A DNA stretch of 63,558 nt, the filler included, from Rozella allomycis CSF55 (Eukaryota): the NCBI GenBank assembly GCA_000442015.1. It is 17 parts of 17 records of this genome, joined end to end, with 100 filler letters (N's around TTAATTAATTAA, not from the genome) between each part and the next. Parts side by side here need not be neighbours in the genome. Positions count along the whole stretch, not along the records: positions 1 to 11,711 come from KE560660.1; positions 11,812 to 14,680 come from KE560664.1; positions 14,781 to 15,948 come from KE560665.1; positions 16,049 to 17,930 come from KE560668.1; positions 18,031 to 24,532 come from KE560669.1; 12 more parts are not named here. One strand, written 5' to 3'. The position numbers and the translations under genes were made by a program. The notes below the pieces were generated by a model, which was given only the letters and a program-made list of their open reading frames with translations, did not search any database and had not been told where the DNA came from. Below, piece after piece: positions 10,296 through 19,117 of this stretch (positions are counted from its first letter, which is position 1; every line of letters begins with the position of its first letter).

Positions 10296-11711
10296 TTATT
10301 GTTGTGCACATGCGTCTTGTTCAATTTTCTTTCTTCTTTCTTTGCGCATTAAAGGATTTTTAATTTTAGAATTGAATTCAAATTTTTCCTTTTTGATTGA
10401 AATTTCAGAATTAGATTGAGAATTTTCTTTTTCATTTTTGAATTGATTTTCTTGTAATTCTTTAATTTTCAATTTTAATACATCAATTTCTTTATTTAAA
10501 TTTTCATTTTTAAGAAACAATGATTTTTTGTTTTCATTTGCTTCATTTAGAAGAGCATTCAAGTATTTAATTTGAGTTTCTGAATTTTTGTAAAGTTTTA
10601 TATCATTTCTTAGGTTTTCATTTTTCGCGAGTAAATCTGCCAAAGTTTGATCTTTTTCTTTCAATAGATCTTCCTTTTCACTTAAGAGTTTTTCTACTTG
10701 TTGAACACTAGCATCTTTTTCTTTTAATAGCATCTCAACTTGTTGTACACTAGCATCTTTTTCTTTCATAATCATGTCTCTTTCTTTCAGAATTGTATCC
10801 CTCTCTTTAACAATTGTATCCCTCTCTTTAACAATTGTATCCCTCTCTTTGAGAATTGTATCCCTCTCTTTCAGAATTAAATCTCTCTCTACAAAGGCTT
10901 GATTCCTTTCTTTTAACAATTGAGTCATCTCTGTTACGGATTGATCTCTCTCTTTTCGAATTTGTTTAACCATTTCTTCTTCTAAAGATTTAACTTTAAT
11001 TTCTAAAGCATTCAACATTTTCTCTTTTTCTAATTTTAAATAATTTTCATTTTCAATTTTATTTTTTTCAAATAGATCTATTTTTTCTTTTTCTAATCTT
11101 GAAATTTCACAATCTTTTTCTTTTAATGAAATTTCGTAATCTATTTTTAGATTTTGAATTTCATTTATTTTTTCATTTAAAATTTCTTCTTTTTCTTTAA
11201 TCAATTCATCTTTCAATCTTTCAATTTCAATAGATTTTTCATTGTTAATTTTTACTTTTTGTTCTTTAAATTCATTTTGAATTTTTTCAATTTCTTCCTT
11301 CAACTGTTGTACAATTAATTCCTTCTCTTCCATCAACTTTGTTAGTTCTAAATCTTTCTCTTCTTTTAAAAGTTCTACTTGTCCAACAATCTTCTTTAAT
11401 TCTTCATCCTTTTCATTTATCATATTAATCTTTTCTTTTACAAGTGAATCTTTCTCTTTAACTAACCNATTAATCTTTTCTTTTACAAGTGAATCTTTCT
11501 CTTTAACTAACCTTTCAATCTCAATAGTATTCTCATTCATTATTCTTTCAATCTCATGAGCTTTTTCACTGTTTAATCTTTCAATCTCAATAGCCTTTTC
11601 ATTCTTTAATCTTTCTATTAATAAATCTTTCTCTTCAATAACCCTTGTCAATTCTGATTCTGAACCTTCCTTTAATCTTTGAATCTCTAAATCTTTTTCA
11701 TTGCACAATCT
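10296..11711 (-). CDS. Long coiled-coil protein, C-terminal part, ending in CaaX-like CAQQ (5' truncated)
   Basis: E/K/L-rich heptads, 21-nt repeats encoding ERDT(I)(V/L)K at about 10791-10874, terminal ...EQDACAQQ*. Confidence 0.75.
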   Translation of the reverse strand, partial: RLCNEKDLEIQRLKEGSESELTRVIEEKDLLIERLKNEKAIEIERLNSEKAHEIERIMNENTIEIERLVKEKDSLVKEKINXLVKEKDSLVKEKINMINEKDEELKKIVGQVELLKEEKDLELTKLMEEKELIVQQLKEEIEKIQNEFKEQKVKINNEKSIEIERLKDELIKEKEEILNEKINEIQNLKIDYEISLKEKDCEISRLEKEKIDLFEKNKIENENYLKLEKEKMLNALEIKVKSLEEEMVKQIRKERDQSVTEMTQLLKERNQAFVERDLILKERDTILKERDTIVKERDTIVKERDTILKERDMIMKEKDASVQQVEMLLKEKDASVQQVEKLLSEKEDLLKEKDQTLADLLAKNENLRNDIKLYKNSETQIKYLNALLNEANENKKSLFLKNENLNKEIDVLKLKIKELQENQFKNEKENSQSNSEISIKKEKFEFNSKIKNPLMRKERRKKIEQDACAQQ

Positions 11712-11811
11712 NNNNNNNNNNNNNNNNNNNNNNNNNNNNNNNNNNNNNNNNNNNNTTAATTAATTAANNNNNNNNNNNNNNNNNNNNNNNNNNNNNNNNN
11801 NNNNNNNNNNN
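11712..11811. other. Artificial contig linker N44-TTAATTAATTAA-N44 (first of 16)
   Basis: Identical 100-nt spacer with stops in all six frames, also starting near 14681, 15949, 17931, 24533, 26005, 27452, 29620, 38005, 39446, 43744, 45434, 48882, 50799, 56364 and 62123. Confidence 0.98.
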
Positions 11812-12348
11812 GCCTTTCAGTTAAATAACGTTTATCCTTATGCCTTGCATTATCAAGATATTTCAGTAGTCAAGACTCTCTTAAATCTTTGCTCTGTAGA
11901 CGAATTACTAGGAGTAACAAGCAAGACAATAATATCTACAGAAGTAGAGAAGTATGCTGAATTATTTAATTTTCTTTATCATAATAAAGCAATGAATGAA
12001 TTGAAAAATGCAATAAAAGAAGCCAAATATTCAACATTTTTAACCAACGATAGCATGACTTTCATATCCGAAGCGTTAAAGAATGACGATGTCATTTTCT
12101 TCGAGATACTGTATAGCGATGAAATCCTAAGCAACTTTGACAAAGCCTTTTATCTTAGTAGACTGTTTGAAGAACATGCTACTAAATCTTTGAATATGGT
12201 AATCAAGAATCACCCAAACATTTTTTTACTATATGGAAAAAAGAAAGTTCTGAGTGACCTTAAAACCTTACGCAAATCAGTTGGAATTAAGAGCAAGGAA
12301 TATTGGGAGTTGTCCCTTCGAGTCCACTGGTTATTTCTTAAGGAATAG
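11812..12348 (+). CDS. C-terminal fragment of a helical-repeat protein, probable paralog of the next gene
   Basis: ND..FFEIL...FDKAFYL..LFEEHATKSL..VIKNHP resembles NDNLGVIEILL..FDKSQILYEIVRRGAVTCLKYALEKHP of 12581-14587. Confidence 0.55.
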   Translation, partial: AFQLNNVYPYALHYQDISVVKTLLNLCSVDELLGVTSKTIISTEVEKYAELFNFLYHNKAMNELKNAIKEAKYSTFLTNDSMTFISEALKNDDVIFFEILYSDEILSNFDKAFYLSRLFEEHATKSLNMVIKNHPNIFLLYGKKKVLSDLKTLRKSVGIKSKEYWELSLRVHWLFLKE

Positions 12349-12580
12349 CTGGCCATAGCTCATAATTATTTGCAATAAATGAAAGCTTAATAGTTAATTC
12401 TCTTCTTTGCCCATCTACTCTCTGCAGCCACTAATGAGTAATCATGCGACTAATTGAGTTTGAAATTTTCCAGGATATTCTTAAATGGATATCATAATAC
12501 TTTTAAGTTTAAATTGTTATACAAAGTGCCTAAGCCATTTGTATATATACTTTTAGGCATTTCCAATTGAGGCGCAGCCA

Positions 12581-14587
12581 ATGAAAAAGTTTACCGTGAC
12601 TCTAATTGCTTGGATGTCGTTGTATTTTACGCAGATTGGAACATCTGAAATTGAAGGTTCAACTACACTCCTTGACTCTGTAAGTTCTAGATCCTTAGAT
12701 TTTGGATCTGATGTGGCGACATATAGATCTACGCTACTTTTTAGAGAAAGCCTTGATAATTATGACATTCCAGGACAAATAGATTCCTTTGCCTTTATAA
12801 ATTCTGAAGATGATGAAGATGAAACGCTCTTGTTACAAACCATTTTGCGTTGCCCAAGACATCACGGGCAATGGACTAGTAATGAAAGCAAAGATAAAGA
12901 AACTATCAAAAGAAAACTTCAACTGTATTTCAATTCTCATGACTTGGAGAGATTTGAAACTGTACTTAATGAGACACCTGGGTACCTTCACCTAGATATT
13001 TTGATTCCGTTATTCAATTTCTGCTACAAAATGAGATATAATGATTTCTTTAAGATATTCTTGAATTCCGACAGTTTTATTTACAGTTTTACGAATTTAG
13101 GCTCTCTGATGAAAATTGTTTCTTACCATGCGCGAGAAGATGTGCTAGAATTACTAATTAATAAAGGATTAGAAGAAAAAAATATAGATGCTGAGCGATT
13201 ATTTAGGGATCCTTTTACGTATGCTGTTAGCTTAAAGCAGCCTGATGTAATCAAAGTATTTTTTAGAAAAATCAATGTTCGAGCTATCAAACTCGATGAG
13301 AAGATATTAAGTGAAGCCATTGATTTGGTGAAAATCAACACCGAGTCGAAAGGTTTTAACGACGCTATTTGCGAGTATGTCAAAAACGAAATGAGTTATG
13401 GATCGCCATGTGGGGACATAGAACAAATTTCTTTTCACGCAACAGACACTAATCTTCGAGACTTGTTACAAATTGCTTCCAGTTATGACCAAAAGGAAGC
13501 CATAGAGGCATTGGTAAAATACTTTTCTGGGAATCCTAATAAAAATGATATTTTGCGAGAAATTCTCACTTATTCACTAAACATGGAGCAGGAAAACGTT
13601 TTGGAGGCCATATTAAGTGAAAATTATTGCGTTTCGAGTATGGTGGGACTAATGAAAGTTTCCATATACCACGATAGAGAAGATTTGCTAGAGTTAATGA
13701 TCGACAAAGGGTTAGAAGAAAAAGACGTCGATGCTGAAGGTTTACTAAAGGATCCTTTTACGTACGCAGTTGGCTTAAAGAGATCGGGCATAATCAAAGT
13801 CTTTTTTAGAAAAATCAACCTTCTTACAATTATTGTTGATGAAAAAATTTTACATGAAGCTGTTAGTTTTGCGATGGCCAGCACCCGTTCGAAAAGTTTT
13901 ATTGACACAGTCTGTGACTATTTCGAGAAAAAAATGAATTACGATCGACGTTATTTGAAAATCACTGTAAGTGACGACATGGAGAATATTTGCAAACATG
14001 TTCCTGAAAGCAACATTCATGATTTACTACAAATCGCAATAACACACGGAGAAATAAAAGCCATAAAAACTTTCTTGTCCCGCAGCCAAGAACGCGCGAG
14101 TTTATTACGAGAAACACTCCTGTATTACATTAACCTTAATCAACTTAACCTATTAAAAGCTATTTTTATTGAGAATCTTCCAGGCTTATATCAATCAGAT
14201 TCTTTCATTTTAGAAGCAGCACTAAATTCATTTACGTACCACCCGGAAACTACTGAATATGTCATTAGAATATTGAAGGCTCTTGAGGCTAGAAATGCAA
14301 GATACTCCTTTAAATATCTCGAATTTATTGCTAATGACAATTTAGGTGTCATCGAAATACTATTGAACAGCGAAGGTGAAATCTTTGATAAGAGTCAAAT
14401 TTTATATGAAATAGTTCGCCGTGGAGCTGTAACATGTTTGAAATATGCACTCGAGAAACATCCTTCCCTAGTAACAAAATCCGAAGTAGAAAAACTTATT
14501 AAATCCGACAAGAAAATTAAAAAGACGGTTAAATTAATGCTTGCTGTTCATTCATGCAAAGGAAAACTGAGTAAAATGATAAAATAA
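12581..14587 (+). CDS. Secreted ankyrin-like helical-repeat protein with internal duplication (candidate effector)
   Basis: Signal peptide MKKFTVTLIAWMSLYFTQIGTS. Two long internal repeats about 182 aa apart (LMK..YH.RED.LEL.I.KGLEEK..DAE.L..DPFTYAV.LK....IKVFFRKIN). Intronless. Confidence 0.7.
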   Translation: MKKFTVTLIAWMSLYFTQIGTSEIEGSTTLLDSVSSRSLDFGSDVATYRSTLLFRESLDNYDIPGQIDSFAFINSEDDEDETLLLQTILRCPRHHGQWTSNESKDKETIKRKLQLYFNSHDLERFETVLNETPGYLHLDILIPLFNFCYKMRYNDFFKIFLNSDSFIYSFTNLGSLMKIVSYHAREDVLELLINKGLEEKNIDAERLFRDPFTYAVSLKQPDVIKVFFRKINVRAIKLDEKILSEAIDLVKINTESKGFNDAICEYVKNEMSYGSPCGDIEQISFHATDTNLRDLLQIASSYDQKEAIEALVKYFSGNPNKNDILREILTYSLNMEQENVLEAILSENYCVSSMVGLMKVSIYHDREDLLELMIDKGLEEKDVDAEGLLKDPFTYAVGLKRSGIIKVFFRKINLLTIIVDEKILHEAVSFAMASTRSKSFIDTVCDYFEKKMNYDRRYLKITVSDDMENICKHVPESNIHDLLQIAITHGEIKAIKTFLSRSQERASLLRETLLYYINLNQLNLLKAIFIENLPGLYQSDSFILEAALNSFTYHPETTEYVIRILKALEARNARYSFKYLEFIANDNLGVIEILLNSEGEIFDKSQILYEIVRRGAVTCLKYALEKHPSLVTKSEVEKLIKSDKKIKKTVKLMLAVHSCKGKLSKMIK

Positions 14588-14780
14588 ACTAACTTCATCT
14601 TTTATTTATTTTGATATATTATTTTTTGCATATTATGCTTTGTTGCCAGTGTTCGAATTTGTGAAATTTGTTCCTGAAAANNNNNNNNNNNNNNNNNNNN
14701 NNNNNNNNNNNNNNNNNNNNNNNNTTAATTAATTAANNNNNNNNNNNNNNNNNNNNNNNNNNNNNNNNNNNNNNNNNNNN

Positions 14781-15752
14781 TGTTAAAGAAGAAGAACAGG
14801 TGAGAAGTAAAGAATTTTGGATTGGGCCTTCATCTAAAATTGCGTCTAGAATTCATTTACTTAGGATAAATTTAAGTCCTGCTTGCAGTTCAGAAGGTAA
14901 TCATCAAGTTCGCGTTAATAGTTAAGCGTATCAGGCCAGCAAGACTGAGAAAATTTCAACATTCCAAGACGATTGTTGTAAAACAGGAAATGAAGTTGTT
15001 ACAACTAAACTTTTTATTCCTTTTGAAGATACACCAATAGTTACAACCTTTGAAAGGGCATGTGATCAAAGTTATTACACGTTGATGTCTTCAGAAAATC
15101 AAGACTCTTGCTCATCTCAGTTGTGGATTGCTACTGGATGCACAAAACCATTTCCTGGTAAAGAAGTTATTTTCAAAGCAGCCTATTATACCAAAGACAC
15201 TTTGGATTTTTTTAAAACTGAATTTGTTAGGCTAGAATACTCAGAAAAATTCTTTCAACAATCCTCTATTTGTTTGGAGGCTACAGGTATCTATTATTTG
15301 TGACTTGAAAATAAGAGTCTGACCATGAATTTCGTGACTCATTAGACGTTTCCGATTTTTTCAATATCCCTTTCTCGTCACCAACATTGGTTAACACAAT
15401 GTTTGGTGAATGGATTGAGACGTTTCCTAATGTGAATCTTAATATCAAACCACTGGAATTTTCTTTTTCTTCAATAGTGAATAGCATATCTAATCGTGCA
15501 AACGTACTTCCCCATAACGGTGTACCAAATCATGAAAACTTAATTCGTGATAACGAAGGTACAGAATTTATTACAGGGAATGACGATTTTGTATTGAGTA
15601 ACAATGGGTTCGATTATATCTACGAGGCTGATGACGAGTTGTTATATGATGAAGAAGAAGATAATTTTGCTATGGAAAAGAATACTGAAATCCTATTTAT
15701 GCCAAACAATCATGTTGCTAACGAATTCGATGTTCCAGAAGGGTTTGGGTAG
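14781..15752 (+). CDS. Hypothetical protein, 3' part, with tiny introns and acidic tail
   Basis: ORF pieces 15082-15303 and 15387-15752 are separated by a short GT..AG stretch; no family recognised. Confidence 0.45.
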
Positions 15753-15874
15753 AAACTCAAGAGTCCCAAATTTAGAATGTCGATGTTCAATTAGTTCAAA
15801 AATAAAAAAACAGATTATTTTAATTGTTTCCTGTAAATGCACGAGGGATTCTCATCCTAATTCGTATATAAATA

Positions 15875-15948
15875 ATCGGACGAGGAGTTTACGACCCGGA
15901 CTTCAGAGACGATTATCGGACGGGGAGTTTACGACCCGGACTTCAGAA
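15875..15948 (+). repeat. 40-bp GC-rich tandem repeat running into the contig end
   Basis: ATCGGACG(A/G)GGAGTTTACGACCCGGACTTCAGAGACGATT, about 1.8 copies; a third copy lies at 35815-35856. Confidence 0.85.
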
Positions 15949-16363
15949 NNNNNNNNNNNNNNNNNNNNNNNNNNNNNNNNNNNNNNNNNNNNTTAATTAA
16001 TTAANNNNNNNNNNNNNNNNNNNNNNNNNNNNNNNNNNNNNNNNNNNNCAAAGTTCTACAAGGAGATATGAGATGCATCTAATAAGTTTGCAGTCCTCGT
16101 ATACAACTTTCAAAAGTTCAGCTTTAGTTCTAACATCATCAACTATGCCTTGAGATATCCCAGAAACTTTGGTAATATCAAATGGTTGCTTTAATTAACT
16201 AAATCAGATTCTCCGACTTGTTTAACAAAGAAATATATCAAATTATCAATTCTTCAATTTCAGAAGAGAAATAATCCACGAATATTTTTTTTGGCTTTTT
16301 CTCGAATGTCAAAAAGTGAAAACATTTTCCGCAGTTAACCCCTGTAATATATATATATATACG

Positions 16364-17683
16364 ATGGCGACAACAACACCAACTGATCTTCAGGCCGTTC
16401 AAACGCGGTTAAATAAAGTACAAAGAGATTTGGACGATCTTAAAAGCGATCCAGACTATCAGCAATTTGTTGCTAGAATTAGAGACCATGATGCCTCTGT
16501 ATTCAGTAATCCTTTTTGGCAGAGATACGAGAAAATTGAAGCGCAGCTGGTATCAGAGAAACAGGGTTTGTTGTCCTTGATGAAAACGGGCATGTTAGTT
16601 GAGGAAGAGGAAAAATTTGCAAATTTCCATTTCTATTATTGGAACACAAAGTCAAACGCCACGAAACCATATAAAAAAATCACTTTAATGTTGGTTCACG
16701 GAAAAATTTATTTAAAAAGTCTCCTGGAAGATGAAGAAGCCTCTGAAATCTTTCTAAAAAACGGCCACAAACAAGTAAAGCTTCAATACGACTCCAATGG
16801 ATTATCGGTCAAAACCTGGCGTCCCGATGAAACATATCACTTAATCGTCAAAAAACCCCTTTCCGTTGATATTCAGATTACGTTTTCTGAGAAGAATGAA
16901 GCAAAATTGAACGTCCTAATTGTAAAAAATGACTTTAATCTAGAATTTCATGACTCGGAATGGACTATGTCTGCAGATTATGCGCCGGTAGATATTCCAA
17001 TTGGGCTTTGTGAAGCTCTTAAGGCTATGGGTGAGTTCAATTCTTTGAGAAAAGAAATGTCAAGAAGGTCTGTCGTTTCAGTCTTTATTCACTTTGTGCT
17101 GTCTTCAATTCCCCAAGGCAAAGCAAAGTTGTGTGTTGATGAAGAACCACTCTTCCAGATTGTGAGAGAGTGTATGCGTGATGATGGAACAAAACATGTC
17201 CAATACTCGGGTCCACTGGACTTTGTTATTGGACACTCTAGGGTGGCAGAAATCATGCCCAGTGATGCTGCGGTTATTGTGGTAGAAACAAAAAAAAGTG
17301 ATGCTTTTGACAAGTCTCTTCCCCAAGCTCTTGCTCAAGCTGCCACTGTAATGCATTATCGACGCTCAAAGAAAAAAGGAGAAAATGGCAGTGGTGGGCC
17401 TGTTTACTTCGTAAGAACGGATGCAGAGCGATGGATTTTTAGTCGCATCATTATGATAAATGGTTCAGCGACAGCTCAGCACAGCAGAGAATATAGAGTT
17501 GATCTGCGAAAACTAACTGAATCGAAAGTTGCCTCCGCCAATGAAATATTTAATTGGATTCGATTTCTGATTCAATCAGGTAGAGATTCTAGTCCTCGCG
17601 CCTCTCTTCAATCTCTTGATCAAACGATTGAATATGATGATGGTTTAACAAAAGATATATTTAATGACATGGAAATAAATTGA
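16364..17683 (+). CDS. Crinkler-type protein with C-terminal PD-(D/E)xK restriction-endonuclease-like domain
   Basis: YSGPLDFVIG...VIVVETKK....SLPQALAQ...VYFVRTDAERWIF fits the G-x-x-D / E-x-K / QxxxQ / TD..W.F pattern of CR-REase domains. Helical N-terminus, then a probable ubiquitin-like domain. Confidence 0.7.
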   Translation: MATTTPTDLQAVQTRLNKVQRDLDDLKSDPDYQQFVARIRDHDASVFSNPFWQRYEKIEAQLVSEKQGLLSLMKTGMLVEEEEKFANFHFYYWNTKSNATKPYKKITLMLVHGKIYLKSLLEDEEASEIFLKNGHKQVKLQYDSNGLSVKTWRPDETYHLIVKKPLSVDIQITFSEKNEAKLNVLIVKNDFNLEFHDSEWTMSADYAPVDIPIGLCEALKAMGEFNSLRKEMSRRSVVSVFIHFVLSSIPQGKAKLCVDEEPLFQIVRECMRDDGTKHVQYSGPLDFVIGHSRVAEIMPSDAAVIVVETKKSDAFDKSLPQALAQAATVMHYRRSKKKGENGSGGPVYFVRTDAERWIFSRIIMINGSATAQHSREYRVDLRKLTESKVASANEIFNWIRFLIQSGRDSSPRASLQSLDQTIEYDDGLTKDIFNDMEIN

Positions 17684-17752
17684 TGATCTTTCTTCTTGGA
17701 GTTATCCTTATTACCCATCATCATTGTTAAGGGCTAAATCTTTAACCACCCT

Positions 17753-17824
17753 AAAGAATGTGTAGATCGTTGGCTTTCAGAAACCGCTTCGTGTCCTGTA
17801 TGTAGAGAAAAGTTAGAGGATTGA
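17753..17824 (+). pseudogene. Orphan RING-H2 C-terminal half
   Basis: Translates KECVDRWLSETASCPVCREKLED*; no intact first half of the RING upstream. Confidence 0.65.
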
Positions 17825-18168
17825 AGAGATAATAAAATTGGCATCGGTAAATAAGATTTCAATATTTATTGCTTTTGTGAAACATTAAATCGGTATAATT
17901 CTCGGCAATTATATTTAATGTTCTTCTTGTNNNNNNNNNNNNNNNNNNNNNNNNNNNNNNNNNNNNNNNNNNNNTTAATTAATTAANNNNNNNNNNNNNN
18001 NNNNNNNNNNNNNNNNNNNNNNNNNNNNNNGCAGCAAGCAAGTAAGAAGAGAGTGAAAAGATGGTAAAGAAGATTGATTTCATTTTTGAATGAATATGCG
18101 TTTTCATGGATCTATATATCAGTCATTGACAGTGATTATATTTGCTTTAGTAAATTAGAACTATTTAT

Positions 18169-18823
18169 TTAACCGTTGATTGTACAATCCATTGGCATTG
18201 GCCGTTTAGTAAAGTCGGGCATATAGGTTTTTTCCTTTACTTCTCCCATCAAAGTATCTTTCATTCCGGCTATACCTATTTTGAATATCACTTACGCTCT
18301 AGTGGCTTTTCTTCAGCCTGTGGAAAATCAATAACAGCGCCAGTATCTAATGAGATCCTCACGCGTTTAACCTGCCCGCTTTCTGGATCTTGGATGCATT
18401 TGTTAATAGCTTCACATGCCTTCCCAGTTAAGGGGTCAACAAGAGCAATTTGGCGCGCATAATATGGCCAATTCAAATTTATATGTGAAATATGAACAGC
18501 TTTTTCGTCTTTTGGTTTTGGCAAAAGCCTTCTTTGCAAATTGAAGCCAGAAATAGTGACTTGATTGTATGTCCTCAAAATATCTGTAACAATTCCATGG
18601 CGGCCCTTGTTTTTTCCGTGAAGAATTTCAACCTATTTGTTAAATTGTCAAGTTTTACCTATATGATACAATAAAACATATTTACCACGTCGCCCTTTGC
18701 AAATAGCCATTCATTGTCTGGAATTTCTGGGCCAGCGCGAACTCTATGTCTTCTAACAAACCTATTGAATTGATATGTGAATGGCCTGATTTTGTATAAC
18801 TTTTTAGTTATGGTGGCCCCCAT
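18169..18823 (-). CDS. MRPL24: Mitochondrial ribosomal protein uL24m (MRPL24/Mrpl40)
   Basis: Spliced KOW motif W.FAKGDV|VEILHGKNKGRHGIV, then HISHI..IALVDP..G and RVRISLDTGAVI. Introns 18633-18685 (compound) and 18270-18295. Start codon uncertain. Confidence 0.85.
18633..18685 (-). other. Compound intron of two abutting mini-introns (27+26 nt)
   Basis: GTAAATATGTTTTATTGTATCATATAG|GTAAAACTTGACAATTTAACAAATAG; both must go to restore the KOW motif. Confidence 0.85.
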
Positions 18824-19117
18824 ATATGGAAAATGGAAATTTCGGCTGGCCTTGCAGCGGGACACATATTTTTTTGCGGGAAATATAATCTAATCGGTTC
18901 CTGCCATTTCAAAAATTTGAAGGTGGAGAGTTGGAGACTTGGAGTTGTTCATCGATGGGGAAGTTTCAGAGATTTCACCATACTATTGTCCTTTCAACCA
19001 TTGCCGTAATTTACTTGAAGTTATAACGAATAAAATAATCAAAATTGAATATTAAATAATTTTTAATGCGTGTCTTGCATGCTATTTAAAGTTTTCTTAA
19101 AAGTTGAAAGAAATTTC

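Noticed and set aside
11712-11811. Recurrent TTAATTAATTAA palindrome between N runs
   Set aside because: Artificial six-frame-stop linker joining contigs. No synteny or gene clusters can be inferred across it.
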